Numbered from the stretch's first letter, positions 36,655-47,313 are shown. The stretch is 64,000 nucleotides of DNA from an uncultured Maribacter sp. (GCF_963974015.1 NZ_CAXBBZ010000007.1:64126-128125); one strand, 5' to 3'. The notes: generated by a model from the letters alone, not told the origin. Numbers and translations are program-made.

Positions 36655-37356
36655 TTATTGTCCGTAATAGGCATTTTTACCATGCTTACGTTCGTAATGT
36701 TTTTTTATTAAAGCATCTTTTAATCTTACCGCATTTGGGTTTATTTGCAGAGTCAAATATGCCATTTGTGCTACAGTTTCTAAAACCTTACTGTTATAAA
36801 CAGCTTTAGCTGCTGTTTTACCCCATGCAAAGGGTCCGTGATTACCGATCAAAACCATTTCAACCTCTTCAGATGACAGGTTACGTTCTTTAAAACAATC
36901 AAGAATCTGAATACCTGTATTATGCTCGTAGTTACCTTGTATAAGGCTATCTTTCATAGGTTCGGCGCAAGGTATATCTGCAGTTAGATGATCCGCATGC
37001 GTTGTACCGAATACGGGAATATCTTTTTGGGCTTGGGCCCATGCTACTGAATACATAGCATGTGTATGTGCTATACCACCAATATGATTCCAGTTTTTAT
37101 ATAAATAAGCATGTGTTTTTGTATCAGAAGAAGGCCGCAATGTCCCTTCTACAATATTGTTTTCATAATCTAGGATAACTATATCTTCTGGCTTTAACTT
37201 TTCGTACGGCACACCACTTGGCTTAATTGCAAAAACTCCATTTCTCCTATCAACGGCACTTACATTACCGAAAGTATAAATAACAAGCCCAAGGCTATTA
37301 AGCTCAATATTTGCCTCAAAACATTCTTCTTTAAGAGTATTGTATTTTGAAGTCAT
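36655..37356 (-). CDS. araD: L-ribulose-5-phosphate 4-epimerase
   Basis: Class II aldolase fold, GIAHTHAMYSVAWAQA metal-binding histidines, 233 aa. 4-nt overlap with araB. Confidence 0.93.
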   Translation of the reverse strand: MTSKYNTLKEECFEANIELNSLGLVIYTFGNVSAVDRRNGVFAIKPSGVPYEKLKPEDIVILDYENNIVEGTLRPSSDTKTHAYLYKNWNHIGGIAHTHAMYSVAWAQAQKDIPVFGTTHADHLTADIPCAEPMKDSLIQGNYEHNTGIQILDCFKERNLSSEEVEMVLIGNHGPFAWGKTAAKAVYNSKVLETVAQMAYLTLQINPNAVRLKDALIKKHYERKHGKNAYYGQ

Positions 37357-39032
37357 TCTTTATTTTTTTTAACTGAACTTTCAATGAACTCTCCTAACGC
37401 TGTGTAAGAATCCATTAATTTTTCATAGGTTTCAATTGTATCTTTTTGAGGGTTATATTCTGCTTCGAACTCACTACCCATATGGGTACTTGCCTCCACA
37501 ACATTTGAATAAATGCCCGATGCTACCGCTGCGTAAATTGCTGCACCTAATGCAGGTGCCTGGTCTGAAGCGGCCACCTTAATTGGCATGTTCATCACAT
37601 TCGCTAAAGTTTGCATTATAAACGGTGATTTTCTAGCGACACCCCCAATACCGATAACGGTATCAATTTTCACACCTTCTTGTTGAAAACGATCTGCAAT
37701 CATTTTTGACCCGAAACATATGGCATTTACCAAAGCCTTAAAAATATGAGGTGCTTTTGAACCTAAAGAAAGATTTGACAGGGCACTTTTCAAGTTCTGA
37801 TTGGCGTCTGGTGTTCTTCTGCCATTTATCCAATCTAAGGCTGTAGGTATACTTTCCGATAACGGAATAGCTTCTGCTGCATCAGATAATTTTCTAATGA
37901 AGTCGTTCTCGATTTCATTTTTTAAATCTATTTTTTGCTGTTCCGACAAAATAGTTGATGTCATCACCAAATTATCAATGGGCCAATCTAGCACATCTTT
38001 AAACCAAGCCAGCAAATCGCCAAAGGCAGATTGACCAGCCTCCAACCCAATCAAACCAGGTATTACAGAACCATCGACTTGACCACAAATACCTTTAATA
38101 GTTTTCCCATTAATAGCATCATTAGTTGCCACCATAATATCACATGTAGAGGTACCCATTACCCTCACTAGGGCATTCTTATCTATTTTGGCACCTACTG
38201 CTCCTGAATGTGCATCGAACGTACCGACCGCGACAACGGTGTCTATAGTTAAACCAAGTTTATCTGCCCATTCTTGACTTAAATTACCCGCAACCTTATC
38301 AGAAGTATAGGTTTCGTCATAGAGATTATCTCTTAAATCTGCCAGATAAGGGTCTACCTTTTCTAAAAATTCTTTAGGCGGAAGTCCGCCCCAGCTATCA
38401 TGCCACATGGCTTTGTGTCCTGCAGCACATCGACTTCGTTTAAAAGATTTTAAATCTTTATTTTCTATTAACAGATAGGTCATTAAATCGCAATGCTCCA
38501 TCCATGTGAAGGCATTGTTTTTCACTTGCTCATCTTCTTTTACTACATGGGCAATTTTCGCCCAAAACCATTCAGATGAGTAAATACCTCCTACATATTT
38601 AGTGAAATTTTCGCCGCCCCAATTCTCGCCTAATTCATTAATCTGTTCAGCTTCTTTAATTGCAGTATGGTCTTTCCAAAGCACCATCATCGCATTAGGG
38701 TTTTCAGTGAAACCATTTACAAGTGCTAACGGAGTACCGTCTTTGGTTACTGGTACCGGTGAAGAGCCTGTGGTATCGATACATATTCCTTTTACCTCTT
38801 TCGGGTTTACTTTACTCTGATTTATAACAGATTTTATGGTAAACTCCAAACCTTCAATATGGTCAAGTGGATGTTGTCTAAATTGATTAATAGACGGATT
38901 ACAATACTTTTCATCAATCCATCTTTTATACCAGTGGACTTCGGATGCAATCTCTTTTCCGTTTTCAGAATTTATCAAAACAGCCCTAACGGAATCTGAA
39001 CCATAATCCAACCCAATTACATAACCTTTCAT
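37353..39032 (-). CDS. araB: Ribulokinase (FGGY family)
   Basis: YVIGLDYGSDSVRAVL, NQFRQHPLD, NPNAMMVLWKDHTA are colinear with E. coli AraB. 559 aa. Confidence 0.93.
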   Translation of the reverse strand: MKGYVIGLDYGSDSVRAVLINSENGKEIASEVHWYKRWIDEKYCNPSINQFRQHPLDHIEGLEFTIKSVINQSKVNPKEVKGICIDTTGSSPVPVTKDGTPLALVNGFTENPNAMMVLWKDHTAIKEAEQINELGENWGGENFTKYVGGIYSSEWFWAKIAHVVKEDEQVKNNAFTWMEHCDLMTYLLIENKDLKSFKRSRCAAGHKAMWHDSWGGLPPKEFLEKVDPYLADLRDNLYDETYTSDKVAGNLSQEWADKLGLTIDTVVAVGTFDAHSGAVGAKIDKNALVRVMGTSTCDIMVATNDAINGKTIKGICGQVDGSVIPGLIGLEAGQSAFGDLLAWFKDVLDWPIDNLVMTSTILSEQQKIDLKNEIENDFIRKLSDAAEAIPLSESIPTALDWINGRRTPDANQNLKSALSNLSLGSKAPHIFKALVNAICFGSKMIADRFQQEGVKIDTVIGIGGVARKSPFIMQTLANVMNMPIKVAASDQAPALGAAIYAAVASGIYSNVVEASTHMGSEFEAEYNPQKDTIETYEKLMDSYTALGEFIESSVKKNKE

Positions 39033-39079
39033 TTATTCAATTCAATTTTTACAAAGTAAATATAAGTAATAGATTTTAT

Positions 39080-39098
39080 AAGTGTCAACTATACACTT
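39080..39098. promoter_or_regulatory. Candidate operator AAGTGT-N7-ACACTT upstream of araB
   Basis: Perfect 6+6 inverted repeat, 48-66 nt upstream of the araB start. The same architecture occurs upstream of susC at 58689..58707. Confidence 0.45.
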
Positions 39099-39196
39099 AA
39101 ATATTTAATTAGACTTAAATTTAATGTCATTAATTTTTAAAAAATACATGTACAACTATAAAAAGTTCCATATCCTGTGATAAAAAAAAGCTTTAA

Positions 39197-40906
39197 TTAC
39201 CATTTAAAATTTAAAAAAGATATTCCTTGTCTTGGCAATGAAATCTCTAGTACTGTTCTACCCTCTTTTATGTTGACCCATTGTGGAGAATTAAGTAATT
39301 GAAGTTGGCCAGCTTTTTCAAGTTTTTCTATTTGCTCTTTACTTGGGTTTTGAGGTGAGCCCATTTCTTTCCAGACCGTATAAGAATTACTGAATTCTTG
39401 ATCTATTCGGTAATGCGTTAATAAAGCTTTACCTGTCAAAATATTACTAATATTAATTTTTACGTTTTCTGGAGCTACGTCTAAATCATTTTTATCATGA
39501 TAATTCCACACCATAACAGATAGGGAGCGATCATCTACTGCGGCCAGTGCATTAATATCTGAATTCTCACCTCTTACCTTTTTATTAATTATTTTATCGT
39601 AATCGTACAACATTTCATCTTGAGATACTTTCACTCTTTGCCCCTGCATCATTCCAAACATTCTAAAAACATTCAAAACAGGTTTATTGACACCATTCGT
39701 TGCCATATCTCTAAAACCTGCATACCATGGTTGGTCTTCAAATTCAAAGCCCCAAGTTACCGCACCTAATAAGTTGACGCCATAATGGTCAGCTAATTCA
39801 TATTTTCTCGCAAATGAAGCAGCGGTATAACTCGCATATAATGTTCCGTTTCTATATGCGTTATATGGATAATCAGCTTCTGAACATGCTGCACAACCCT
39901 CTGGATCCGATTCTCCTATTATAATGGGCAAATGTTTAAACTCTGGATACGATGCTACAATCTCAAACCCTTTACCTATATCTTTTAACTGCGCACTCAT
40001 ATCCATATGTACTACATCATCAATAACTTTAGGACTACCTTTCGCGTGAAAGGTTATAAAATCTAAAGGAGAACCTTTTTGACCTGTCGCATAATTTTTT
40101 CCAGATTTTATATGATCTAAAAATGCTCTTAGAAATTCTTCAGATTTATCCCATGCAGGACCCGTTACTTCTGGACCTCCTACTAATGCCGTTGGCAAAG
40201 CACGTTTAACTGCATCTACGCTATAATCGTATAGTTTAATATATTCTTCGGTCGTTCCTTGCCAATACCCAATATTAGGTTCGTTCCATAATTCCCAATA
40301 CCAGCTTTCAACTTCTTCTTTGCCATAGCGTTCTACCGAATGCATTACCCATTGGTATACAAGTTCTGCCCATTTCTCATAATCATTTGGCGGATATGCC
40401 CAACCTGTATAAATATCTTCATAAGCTGCACCAGGTTTCCAATAATGACGATAAGGAACTGGTTTGCTCGACAAAGCTTCTGGCATAAATCCTATTTGTG
40501 CCATAGGTTTCATTCCTCGTTCAATATAGGTATCAAATATTTTGTCTACAATCGTCCAGTCATAAATGGGGTTCCCATTTATATCTTCGGTATATGCATT
40601 AGTTGACCCCCATTTTAAACCGTGAGTTCCCTCACCCGTTACTAGTAAACTATGAGTTCTAACAAAAACCGGAACAGCACTTAATTCTGAAATCTCTGAA
40701 AGAAGTTTTTCACCATCTTTCATGTAGGTATAATTCGGCTCATCATAACCCCACCAAGACCAAATTGGATTTAATGGCCCCATTTTTTCGCTTGCGTCTA
40801 TTTGTATTGTAGTAGAAGTACTTTGACACAATCCAATATAAAAAGAGAAATGTATTGCTGCTAAAAAAAATAATTTAAATATTGAATTAATGTCCTTGTA
40901 CTTCAT
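39197..40906 (-). CDS. Secreted clan GH-A glycoside hydrolase, GH39-like
   Basis: Signal peptide. WYWELWNEPNIGYWQGTTEEYIKLYDY...VGGPE...DFITFHAKG parallels the GH39 beta-xylosidase acid/base region. The family assignment is tentative. Confidence 0.5.
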   Translation of the reverse strand: MKYKDINSIFKLFFLAAIHFSFYIGLCQSTSTTIQIDASEKMGPLNPIWSWWGYDEPNYTYMKDGEKLLSEISELSAVPVFVRTHSLLVTGEGTHGLKWGSTNAYTEDINGNPIYDWTIVDKIFDTYIERGMKPMAQIGFMPEALSSKPVPYRHYWKPGAAYEDIYTGWAYPPNDYEKWAELVYQWVMHSVERYGKEEVESWYWELWNEPNIGYWQGTTEEYIKLYDYSVDAVKRALPTALVGGPEVTGPAWDKSEEFLRAFLDHIKSGKNYATGQKGSPLDFITFHAKGSPKVIDDVVHMDMSAQLKDIGKGFEIVASYPEFKHLPIIIGESDPEGCAACSEADYPYNAYRNGTLYASYTAASFARKYELADHYGVNLLGAVTWGFEFEDQPWYAGFRDMATNGVNKPVLNVFRMFGMMQGQRVKVSQDEMLYDYDKIINKKVRGENSDINALAAVDDRSLSVMVWNYHDKNDLDVAPENVKINISNILTGKALLTHYRIDQEFSNSYTVWKEMGSPQNPSKEQIEKLEKAGQLQLLNSPQWVNIKEGRTVLEISLPRQGISFLNFKW

Positions 40907-41016
40907 AAAGCTTTTTATTAAAATCAGTATTTCATAGCCTATTACCTCTATTCATTTTATTGTTTTGGTAGTATTAACCAACACAAAATTCTACTTTTAA
41001 AACAATATGATATTTG

Positions 41017-41964
41017 TTAGTAATATTCGAATATAGGTTTACCTAATTCGTTAAATTTCACTTCCATAACTCTTGCATGTCTATTATGATCATATAACGG
41101 GTCACCGATTATTTTTTCATAATCTCTAGCGTGATAAATGCTTAAAGGAGTACCATCTTCTGCTACTGTAAAACTATTATGGCCTGGACCATAAATATTT
41201 TTTTCACTATTGGTTTTAAGTACTGGCTGTCTTGATTTTTTCCACGAATTTCTATCTAACAAATCTGAATTTTCGTTGGCTTCCATCATACCCATACAAT
41301 AGCATGCACCTGTAGCACTAGCCGAAAAAGTAATATAGATTTTACCCTTATTTTTTATAACTGCCGGACCTTCGTTTACCCAAAAATCAATTCGTTCCCA
41401 GTCATAATCTGGCGTTGTTAACATAAACTGCACTGATTTCAATTTAATAGGCGATTCCATTTCGGCTAGATATAAATTAGAGGCCGCAAATTGCCCTCCG
41501 GTTTTTTCAGCCCAACAAAAATATCTTTTCCCATTATTTTCAAAGACAGTGCCGTCTAATGAAAAATCAATAAATGATTTATTGTCACTATCGGCTGCTT
41601 GCATTTGACCAAGCTCGACCCATTCATCTTGTAATGGATTTTGTCCTGTACATTCCAAAACATAAGGTCTTAATTTCCAAATATCATCTACTTCACTAGC
41701 AGCAAAATACACATACCATTTTCCATCTAAATAATGAATTTCTGGTGCCCATACATGCTGACTCATCGGTCCGGTTTCATGTTTGTGCCAAACGCTAAAT
41801 GTTTCAGCTTTTTGTAAATCACTAATAGATTTAGCTCTTCTAAGTTCAATACTATCATACGTTGGCACCGACCCCGTAAAATAATAATAGCCATCAGTAT
41901 GCTTGTAGATAAAAGGATCCGCACGTTGCTCTACTATAGGGTCATTTTTTCCTGTAGTACCCAT
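41017..41964 (-). CDS. GH43-family glycoside hydrolase with no signal peptide (cytoplasmic)
   Basis: RADPFIYKHTDGYYYFTGS (catalytic Asp region), WAPEIHYLDGKWYVYF, five-bladed propeller pattern. The N-terminus MGTTGKNDPIVEQ lacks any hydrophobic leader. Confidence 0.8.
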   Translation of the reverse strand: MGTTGKNDPIVEQRADPFIYKHTDGYYYFTGSVPTYDSIELRRAKSISDLQKAETFSVWHKHETGPMSQHVWAPEIHYLDGKWYVYFAASEVDDIWKLRPYVLECTGQNPLQDEWVELGQMQAADSDNKSFIDFSLDGTVFENNGKRYFCWAEKTGGQFAASNLYLAEMESPIKLKSVQFMLTTPDYDWERIDFWVNEGPAVIKNKGKIYITFSASATGACYCMGMMEANENSDLLDRNSWKKSRQPVLKTNSEKNIYGPGHNSFTVAEDGTPLSIYHARDYEKIIGDPLYDHNRHARVMEVKFNELGKPIFEYY

Positions 41965-41965
41965 T

Positions 41966-43312
41966 TTAAATATTCAATTTTGTTTTTATTGTTTCATAGT
42001 ATTCATCGGTAATTTTATAACGGAACATAAGTCCTCCCATAATCACATGAAATACACCAGGTATAATTGTTAACATAAGCGCTATACCAATCATAGCAGT
42101 CTGACTTTGTTCACCATCAGGTACATATCCAAAAAAATCAAGCAAATAACCCACCGCAGCACCAGCTATTCCCATACCAAATTTTTGTGCGAACGAAATT
42201 CCACCAAAAGATAATCCCGAAACACGTTTACCAGATTCTGCATGACCATAATCGACTGCCTCCGCTATAGCTGACCAGAAAATAGGTGCATGAAGATCCA
42301 CTACAAAAGAAAGAATGAAATAGATTATATAAGCAAGTAACATGTCACCAGGTTTTATGATTAAAAACATAATTAAACTAATGGCACCAACAGCTATTTG
42401 AGTGTATTTAAATAGTTTTACTTTACAGTAACGTTGCGTAATATATGTAGAAACCGGCATGGCCAATATAGCTGCCGCCACCCCTGTTCCCATAAAAGTA
42501 GATTGTACGCTTGCATCTCCACCCAGAAAATACTTAGCGTAAAAAATTGCAACAGAACCACGAATTACATAACCTACTGTTCCTGTAAAGCATACTCCAA
42601 ATAATAAGGTCCATTGTCCATTTTTAATTAATAATTTAAATTGGTCTAACAAAGGTGTTTTATCTACCACATGTTCTACACGTTCCTTGGTAGTAAAAAA
42701 GCTAAATAAAAAGAGAAGTGTTCCCATTAACGCCATAACACCCATGGCTAATTGATAACCTCTAGCTAAGTCGTTTTTACCCAGTTTAGCTGCCAAAATA
42801 GGTACTATAATAGACACTAAAAAAGCTGCTACTTTAGCAAAAAATAATCTATAACCATTTGCCGACAAACGTTCTTTTGGATCACTTGTCAACACACCAA
42901 TTAAAGATATATATGGAATGGTAACCGAAGTAAACATAATGGTTACAAAAATATAAGTTATATAAGCATATATTAATTTACCGGCATAATCGAAACTTGG
43001 TGTGGTAAATGTTAAAAAAACCGAGATACCGAAAGGTACAGCCAAGAACAAAAAATAATGTCTATAACGACCCCATCTTGTTGTAAATTTATCAGTAATC
43101 AAACCCATAAGTGGATCAGTGATTGCATCAATCAATCGCACTAGAAGAAACATTAAAGCCATGTCCGTTGCTTTTAGTCCATAGACATCCGTATAGAAAA
43201 AAGTAATAATAAGAAACATGGAAGAGATAACGACATTTACCGCGGCATCACCTGAGCCGTATCCAATTTTTTCTAGTATGCTTAACTTTTGGTTGTTCGC
43301 TTTCATTTTCAA
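41966..43312 (-). CDS. Glycoside-pentoside-hexuronide (GPH):cation symporter, MFS-type
   Basis: LSILEKIGYGSGDAAVNVV N-terminal GPH motif, 12 TM segments, 448 aa. Ends 1 nt before the cytoplasmic GH43 start. Confidence 0.8.
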   Translation of the reverse strand: MKMKANNQKLSILEKIGYGSGDAAVNVVISSMFLIITFFYTDVYGLKATDMALMFLLVRLIDAITDPLMGLITDKFTTRWGRYRHYFLFLAVPFGISVFLTFTTPSFDYAGKLIYAYITYIFVTIMFTSVTIPYISLIGVLTSDPKERLSANGYRLFFAKVAAFLVSIIVPILAAKLGKNDLARGYQLAMGVMALMGTLLFLFSFFTTKERVEHVVDKTPLLDQFKLLIKNGQWTLLFGVCFTGTVGYVIRGSVAIFYAKYFLGGDASVQSTFMGTGVAAAILAMPVSTYITQRYCKVKLFKYTQIAVGAISLIMFLIIKPGDMLLAYIIYFILSFVVDLHAPIFWSAIAEAVDYGHAESGKRVSGLSFGGISFAQKFGMGIAGAAVGYLLDFFGYVPDGEQSQTAMIGIALMLTIIPGVFHVIMGGLMFRYKITDEYYETIKTKLNI

Positions 43313-43366
43313 TATTTAAGTTTCAACAGTTTTGTGACAATAAAAATTATTTATTACTTGTTTTAA

Positions 43367-45322
43367 TCATTCTTTCTCTGGAATCCAAACTTTCATTTTA
43401 CCCACCCCTCTGTTAGACCAAGCATAATAAGGGATAGCTTTAAATTTATCTGAAACTAAAGTGTTCACTCCATCTAATATTTGCTCTTTTTGGATTGAAT
43501 ACTTATCAAAAGAAGAAATTGTAATATCATCAAATTTTGGATTATCAATTTCTTCAACTGCATATACTAAAGGGCCATATTCTAAAGACAATTTTCCTTT
43601 ATCTTCTTCAACCATATCATTGGCTTTAACTGTTCTAACTTCCATTGGAAAACTTAGCTCAATTTTATCATCACCATTCCAATTTCGTTTTACTTCGAAG
43701 TACCCATCTTTAATTGAATTCTTGATTGTTTCACCATTAATTGTTAAGGTTGGTTTTTCCTTTGACAGATATGTATAGGAATATAAATTGCTTGGTAAAA
43801 CTTCATTTCTACTCCAGCCAGGAATTCTAAATTTTATAGTGATTTCAGAATTGGCATCAACAGTCATATTTACTTTTCCATTCCAAGGATAAGAAGTTTC
43901 TTGGGAAACTTTTACATCTTGCCCATTTAGCTCTATATCAGCTTGGTTTGAAGCATATAAATTCACATATACTTCATTTTTACTTTTAGAATAAATGAGT
44001 CCGGGTATGGCGGGTATGAATCGTACAACATTGGTTGGACAGCAAGAACAATCGAACCATGATTTTCGGGTACAAGCACCTTGATTAAATTCATATTTTC
44101 CATCGGACTCTAAAGCATTGGGATAGAAAAAATTTGTACCGTCTAAAGAAAGACCAGAAATTAAACCGTTATACAATGTTCGTTCTACAACATCAAAATA
44201 TTTAGCATCTCCGGTTAAACTATGTAAACGGTGATTCCAATACACATCGCCAATAGCAGCACAGGTTTCATTATATGCTGTTAAATTGGGTAGTTCATAA
44301 TTCTTACCAAACGCTTCACCCTCATGCAAAGCACCAATACCGCCTGTTATGTACATTTTTTTTTCTACCATATTCTTCCAAAGTTTGTCTACGGCAGTTC
44401 TATAAGCCGAATCATCTTTAAAAGCAGCAATATCGGTCATAGCTGCATACATATATACGGCACGTACGGCATGACCAACAACCTCATCTTGTTGTACTAC
44501 TGGTTTATGGTCTTGAGAGTATGGCCCAAATAAATCATGATTTTCAGGATTACCCCTGTTGTCCAAAAAGTATTTAGCTAAATTTAAATAGTCAACTTTG
44601 CCAGTTACTTGGTATAATTTAATTAATCCTGTTTCTATAATTTGATGACCAGGCACAGCTTCAATTTTCCCATCAGTATCACCAAAAGTTGCTACCATTA
44701 AATCTGCATTTTTCAAGGCAATATCTAAAAAGTTTCTTTTTCCTGTCGCTTGAAAATGTACCACAGCCGCCTCATACATATGGCCCGCATTGTACAATTC
44801 ATGACTCATAAATAAAGACTCCCAACGCTTACCTTCTTTCACTACTACCCATTCTGCTGGCGGTTTTGCTGGGTTTATAGTACGCCATGTCGTTAAATAC
44901 CCATCTGCCTCTTGACCTGTTTTTACTATACCAATCAAAGAATCTAATAAAATTTCTAAAGGTTTATTTGGAGCACTAATTAGTGAGTTTGAAGCACCTT
45001 CTATTACTTTATACACATCAGAATCATCAAAAGGCATTACCCCTTTTACATCTCCTTCTATTTTTCCGCCTGCAATCAAAAAATTATCAAAGCGACCTTC
45101 TTCTTCACATTTTTCTATAGCATAGGCTATTGTTTTTTCTTGAACTCTTTTAATAATCGGCAACCAAAACTCATCGGTTATCTTTACATTTTGAATATCA
45201 ACTGGTTCTATTTGATAACCAGTTTTAGGTTCTACCACATTTACAATTTCTTTTTTTTCAGTTTTACAGTTGAACATAAGAAAACATAATGCTACCACTA
45301 ATGTGTTTTTTATTGTTTTCAT
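43367..45322 (-). CDS. GH127 beta-L-arabinofuranosidase (DUF1680 family), lipoprotein
   Basis: SHELYNAGHMYEAAVVHF, ETCAAIG and the cysteine cluster WFDCSCCPTNVVRF match the HypBA1-type Zn/Cys site. Lipobox LMFNC. Confidence 0.85.
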   Translation of the reverse strand: MKTIKNTLVVALCFLMFNCKTEKKEIVNVVEPKTGYQIEPVDIQNVKITDEFWLPIIKRVQEKTIAYAIEKCEEEGRFDNFLIAGGKIEGDVKGVMPFDDSDVYKVIEGASNSLISAPNKPLEILLDSLIGIVKTGQEADGYLTTWRTINPAKPPAEWVVVKEGKRWESLFMSHELYNAGHMYEAAVVHFQATGKRNFLDIALKNADLMVATFGDTDGKIEAVPGHQIIETGLIKLYQVTGKVDYLNLAKYFLDNRGNPENHDLFGPYSQDHKPVVQQDEVVGHAVRAVYMYAAMTDIAAFKDDSAYRTAVDKLWKNMVEKKMYITGGIGALHEGEAFGKNYELPNLTAYNETCAAIGDVYWNHRLHSLTGDAKYFDVVERTLYNGLISGLSLDGTNFFYPNALESDGKYEFNQGACTRKSWFDCSCCPTNVVRFIPAIPGLIYSKSKNEVYVNLYASNQADIELNGQDVKVSQETSYPWNGKVNMTVDANSEITIKFRIPGWSRNEVLPSNLYSYTYLSKEKPTLTINGETIKNSIKDGYFEVKRNWNGDDKIELSFPMEVRTVKANDMVEEDKGKLSLEYGPLVYAVEEIDNPKFDDITISSFDKYSIQKEQILDGVNTLVSDKFKAIPYYAWSNRGVGKMKVWIPEKE

Positions 45323-45325
45323 TTT

Positions 45326-46312
45326 TTAATCCATTGGTTTTACACTTGGCCAGTCATTAACCCAAGTCATTTCTTTTACAATTAACTTTGGCAAGCCTTT
45401 ATCACTAGCATCGTAACCATGCATGAAGGTGTAATCTTTTCCATCGAAAGTAAAAACGCTATTGTGACCAACACCATACCAGTTTTTATTGCCTTCAATT
45501 ACTAAGCTTCCACCTCCTTTTGTTAGTTCTTTTCCTTCTTTATCAACATAGGGTCCGGTCACAAATTTTGAGCGACCTACTACTAATTTATACGTGCTTT
45601 TTTCTCTACGGCAACAATAATCCCATGATAAAAATTGATAATAGTAATCGTCCTTTTTAAATATGAAGGGACCTTCTAAAGCGGCATCACCAGCATCTGC
45701 ATCTGGTAAATTTGGGCTTCTTTCTCGGCTTGCAATGGGGTACCATTCTTGTGGTTCGGCGATTGTTTTTAAATCATCTTTTAATTTCACCATTTTTAAT
45801 CCGCTCCAAAACGAACCAAAAGATAGCCAAGGTGTACCCTCTTCATCAAAAATTAAATTAGGGTCAATTGCGTTCCACATATCTCTATTTGGCACTGATT
45901 GAATTACAATACCTTTATCTTCCCATTTATAGTTTTCATCTTTCGGGTTTAATGTTTTATTAATTACTAAACCTATTGCAGAAGTATTTTTACCAAAAGC
46001 CGAAATGGAGTAATACAAATAATATGTTCCGTTATGTAGCGTAATATCTGGTGCCCAAATATGCCCATTAAAACCTGGCGCTACCTCTTTAGCCCACGTT
46101 GGTTGTTCGGCAAAAACGGGATCTGCTTGGGTCCAAATTTTTAAATCTTTAGAGGTGAAACTGGTGATACCTGGTCCTGTGCAGAATAAATAATAGGTAT
46201 CCCCCTGTTTTGCGACGACAGGGTCATGTGTAATTGGTTTGTCTGTTTGTGCACAAGACACGATAGAAATTAAGAATATATATAATGCGATCAATTGTTT
46301 AAATACTTTCAT
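45326..46312 (-). CDS. GH43 endo-1,5-alpha-L-arabinanase-like lipoprotein
   Basis: THDPVVAKQGDTYYLFCTG, IWAPDITLHNGTYYLYYS, LEGPFIFKKDDYYY. 328 aa, typical arabinanase size. Confidence 0.8.
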   Translation of the reverse strand: MKVFKQLIALYIFLISIVSCAQTDKPITHDPVVAKQGDTYYLFCTGPGITSFTSKDLKIWTQADPVFAEQPTWAKEVAPGFNGHIWAPDITLHNGTYYLYYSISAFGKNTSAIGLVINKTLNPKDENYKWEDKGIVIQSVPNRDMWNAIDPNLIFDEEGTPWLSFGSFWSGLKMVKLKDDLKTIAEPQEWYPIASRERSPNLPDADAGDAALEGPFIFKKDDYYYQFLSWDYCCRREKSTYKLVVGRSKFVTGPYVDKEGKELTKGGGSLVIEGNKNWYGVGHNSVFTFDGKDYTFMHGYDASDKGLPKLIVKEMTWVNDWPSVKPMD

Positions 46313-46317
46313 GGTTT

Positions 46318-47313
46318 TTAATTTTGAATACCTTCTGAAGTCATAATAACACGTTGAAGTGTACCGTCTTCGTTATAATTTAATTCATCTATGCAGACAG
46401 AACGTCTAAAACTGCCCCCATTGGGTTGTATACCGCCTGTATGATAAATGAAATAGTCTTTGTTTTTGAACTCAATAATAGCTTGATGATTGGTATTACT
46501 GTTTCCTGCCAACTCGTTCAATAATCCTTTAAATTCCCATGGGCCTTCAATAGATTTGCTCATAGCATAAGCAGTTTTTTCAGGAAACTGATAGGCATAT
46601 GAAAGATAGTACCAATCTCCCTTTTTATGAATCCATGGTGCTTCAGTAAAATTGGGTAAATCTATGGTTTGTATTGGCCCATCTAGCTCAATCATATTCT
46701 TTTTTAATTTAGCGTAATAACAAATTGTATTACCCCAAAAAAGATATGCTTGACCATCGTTATCAATGATAACAGATGGGTCAATATCATCCCAGTCAAT
46801 GGTTGTGTTCGTAGTCATATCATTGGTGATTAATGCTTTACCTAAAGTGTCTTTAAAAGGACCTGTAGGACTGTCTGAAACTGCTACACCAATAGCTTTT
46901 CCTTTAATAGTACTATGTTCAGTAGTGATGTACCAATAAAACTTTCCATCTCTCTCGATTACCTGAGCTGCCCAAGCATCTGATTTTGCCCATTTAAAAT
47001 CGGATACTTTTAAGGGTACTGGATGTTTTTTCCATTGTACCATATCTGCAGATGAATATACCAACCATTCGTTCATTTTATAAAAATGAAAATCGTCTGG
47101 TGCTTCATCATGTCCAGCATATAAATAAACAGAGTCTTGGTATACAATAGCTGCAGGATCTGCTGTAAATTCATCTTTAATAACAGGATTATTGAAAGTT
47201 GATTCTAAGTTTTTATATAATTCTTTACCCCGACCTACATCTTGGGCATTCAGTGTAAAAAATATTGTTAGTAAAAAACCAACCGTAAAAATGTTGTTAT
47301 TTGATTTTTTCAT
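46318..47313 (-). CDS. Secreted GH43-family glycoside hydrolase (arabinofuranosidase/xylosidase type)
   Basis: TADPAAIVYQDSVYLYAGHDE, AWAAQVIERDGKFYWY, TEAPWIHKKGDWYYLSY. Its start overlaps the upstream stop (TAATG). Confidence 0.8.
   Translation of the reverse strand: MKKSNNNIFTVGFLLTIFFTLNAQDVGRGKELYKNLESTFNNPVIKDEFTADPAAIVYQDSVYLYAGHDEAPDDFHFYKMNEWLVYSSADMVQWKKHPVPLKVSDFKWAKSDAWAAQVIERDGKFYWYITTEHSTIKGKAIGVAVSDSPTGPFKDTLGKALITNDMTTNTTIDWDDIDPSVIIDNDGQAYLFWGNTICYYAKLKKNMIELDGPIQTIDLPNFTEAPWIHKKGDWYYLSYAYQFPEKTAYAMSKSIEGPWEFKGLLNELAGNSNTNHQAIIEFKNKDYFIYHTGGIQPNGGSFRRSVCIDELNYNEDGTLQRVIMTSEGIQN

Noticed and set aside
36585-36809. 74-aa plus-strand ORF spanning the araA/araD junction
   Set aside because: It is antisense to two highly conserved genes and is implausible as a coding region.
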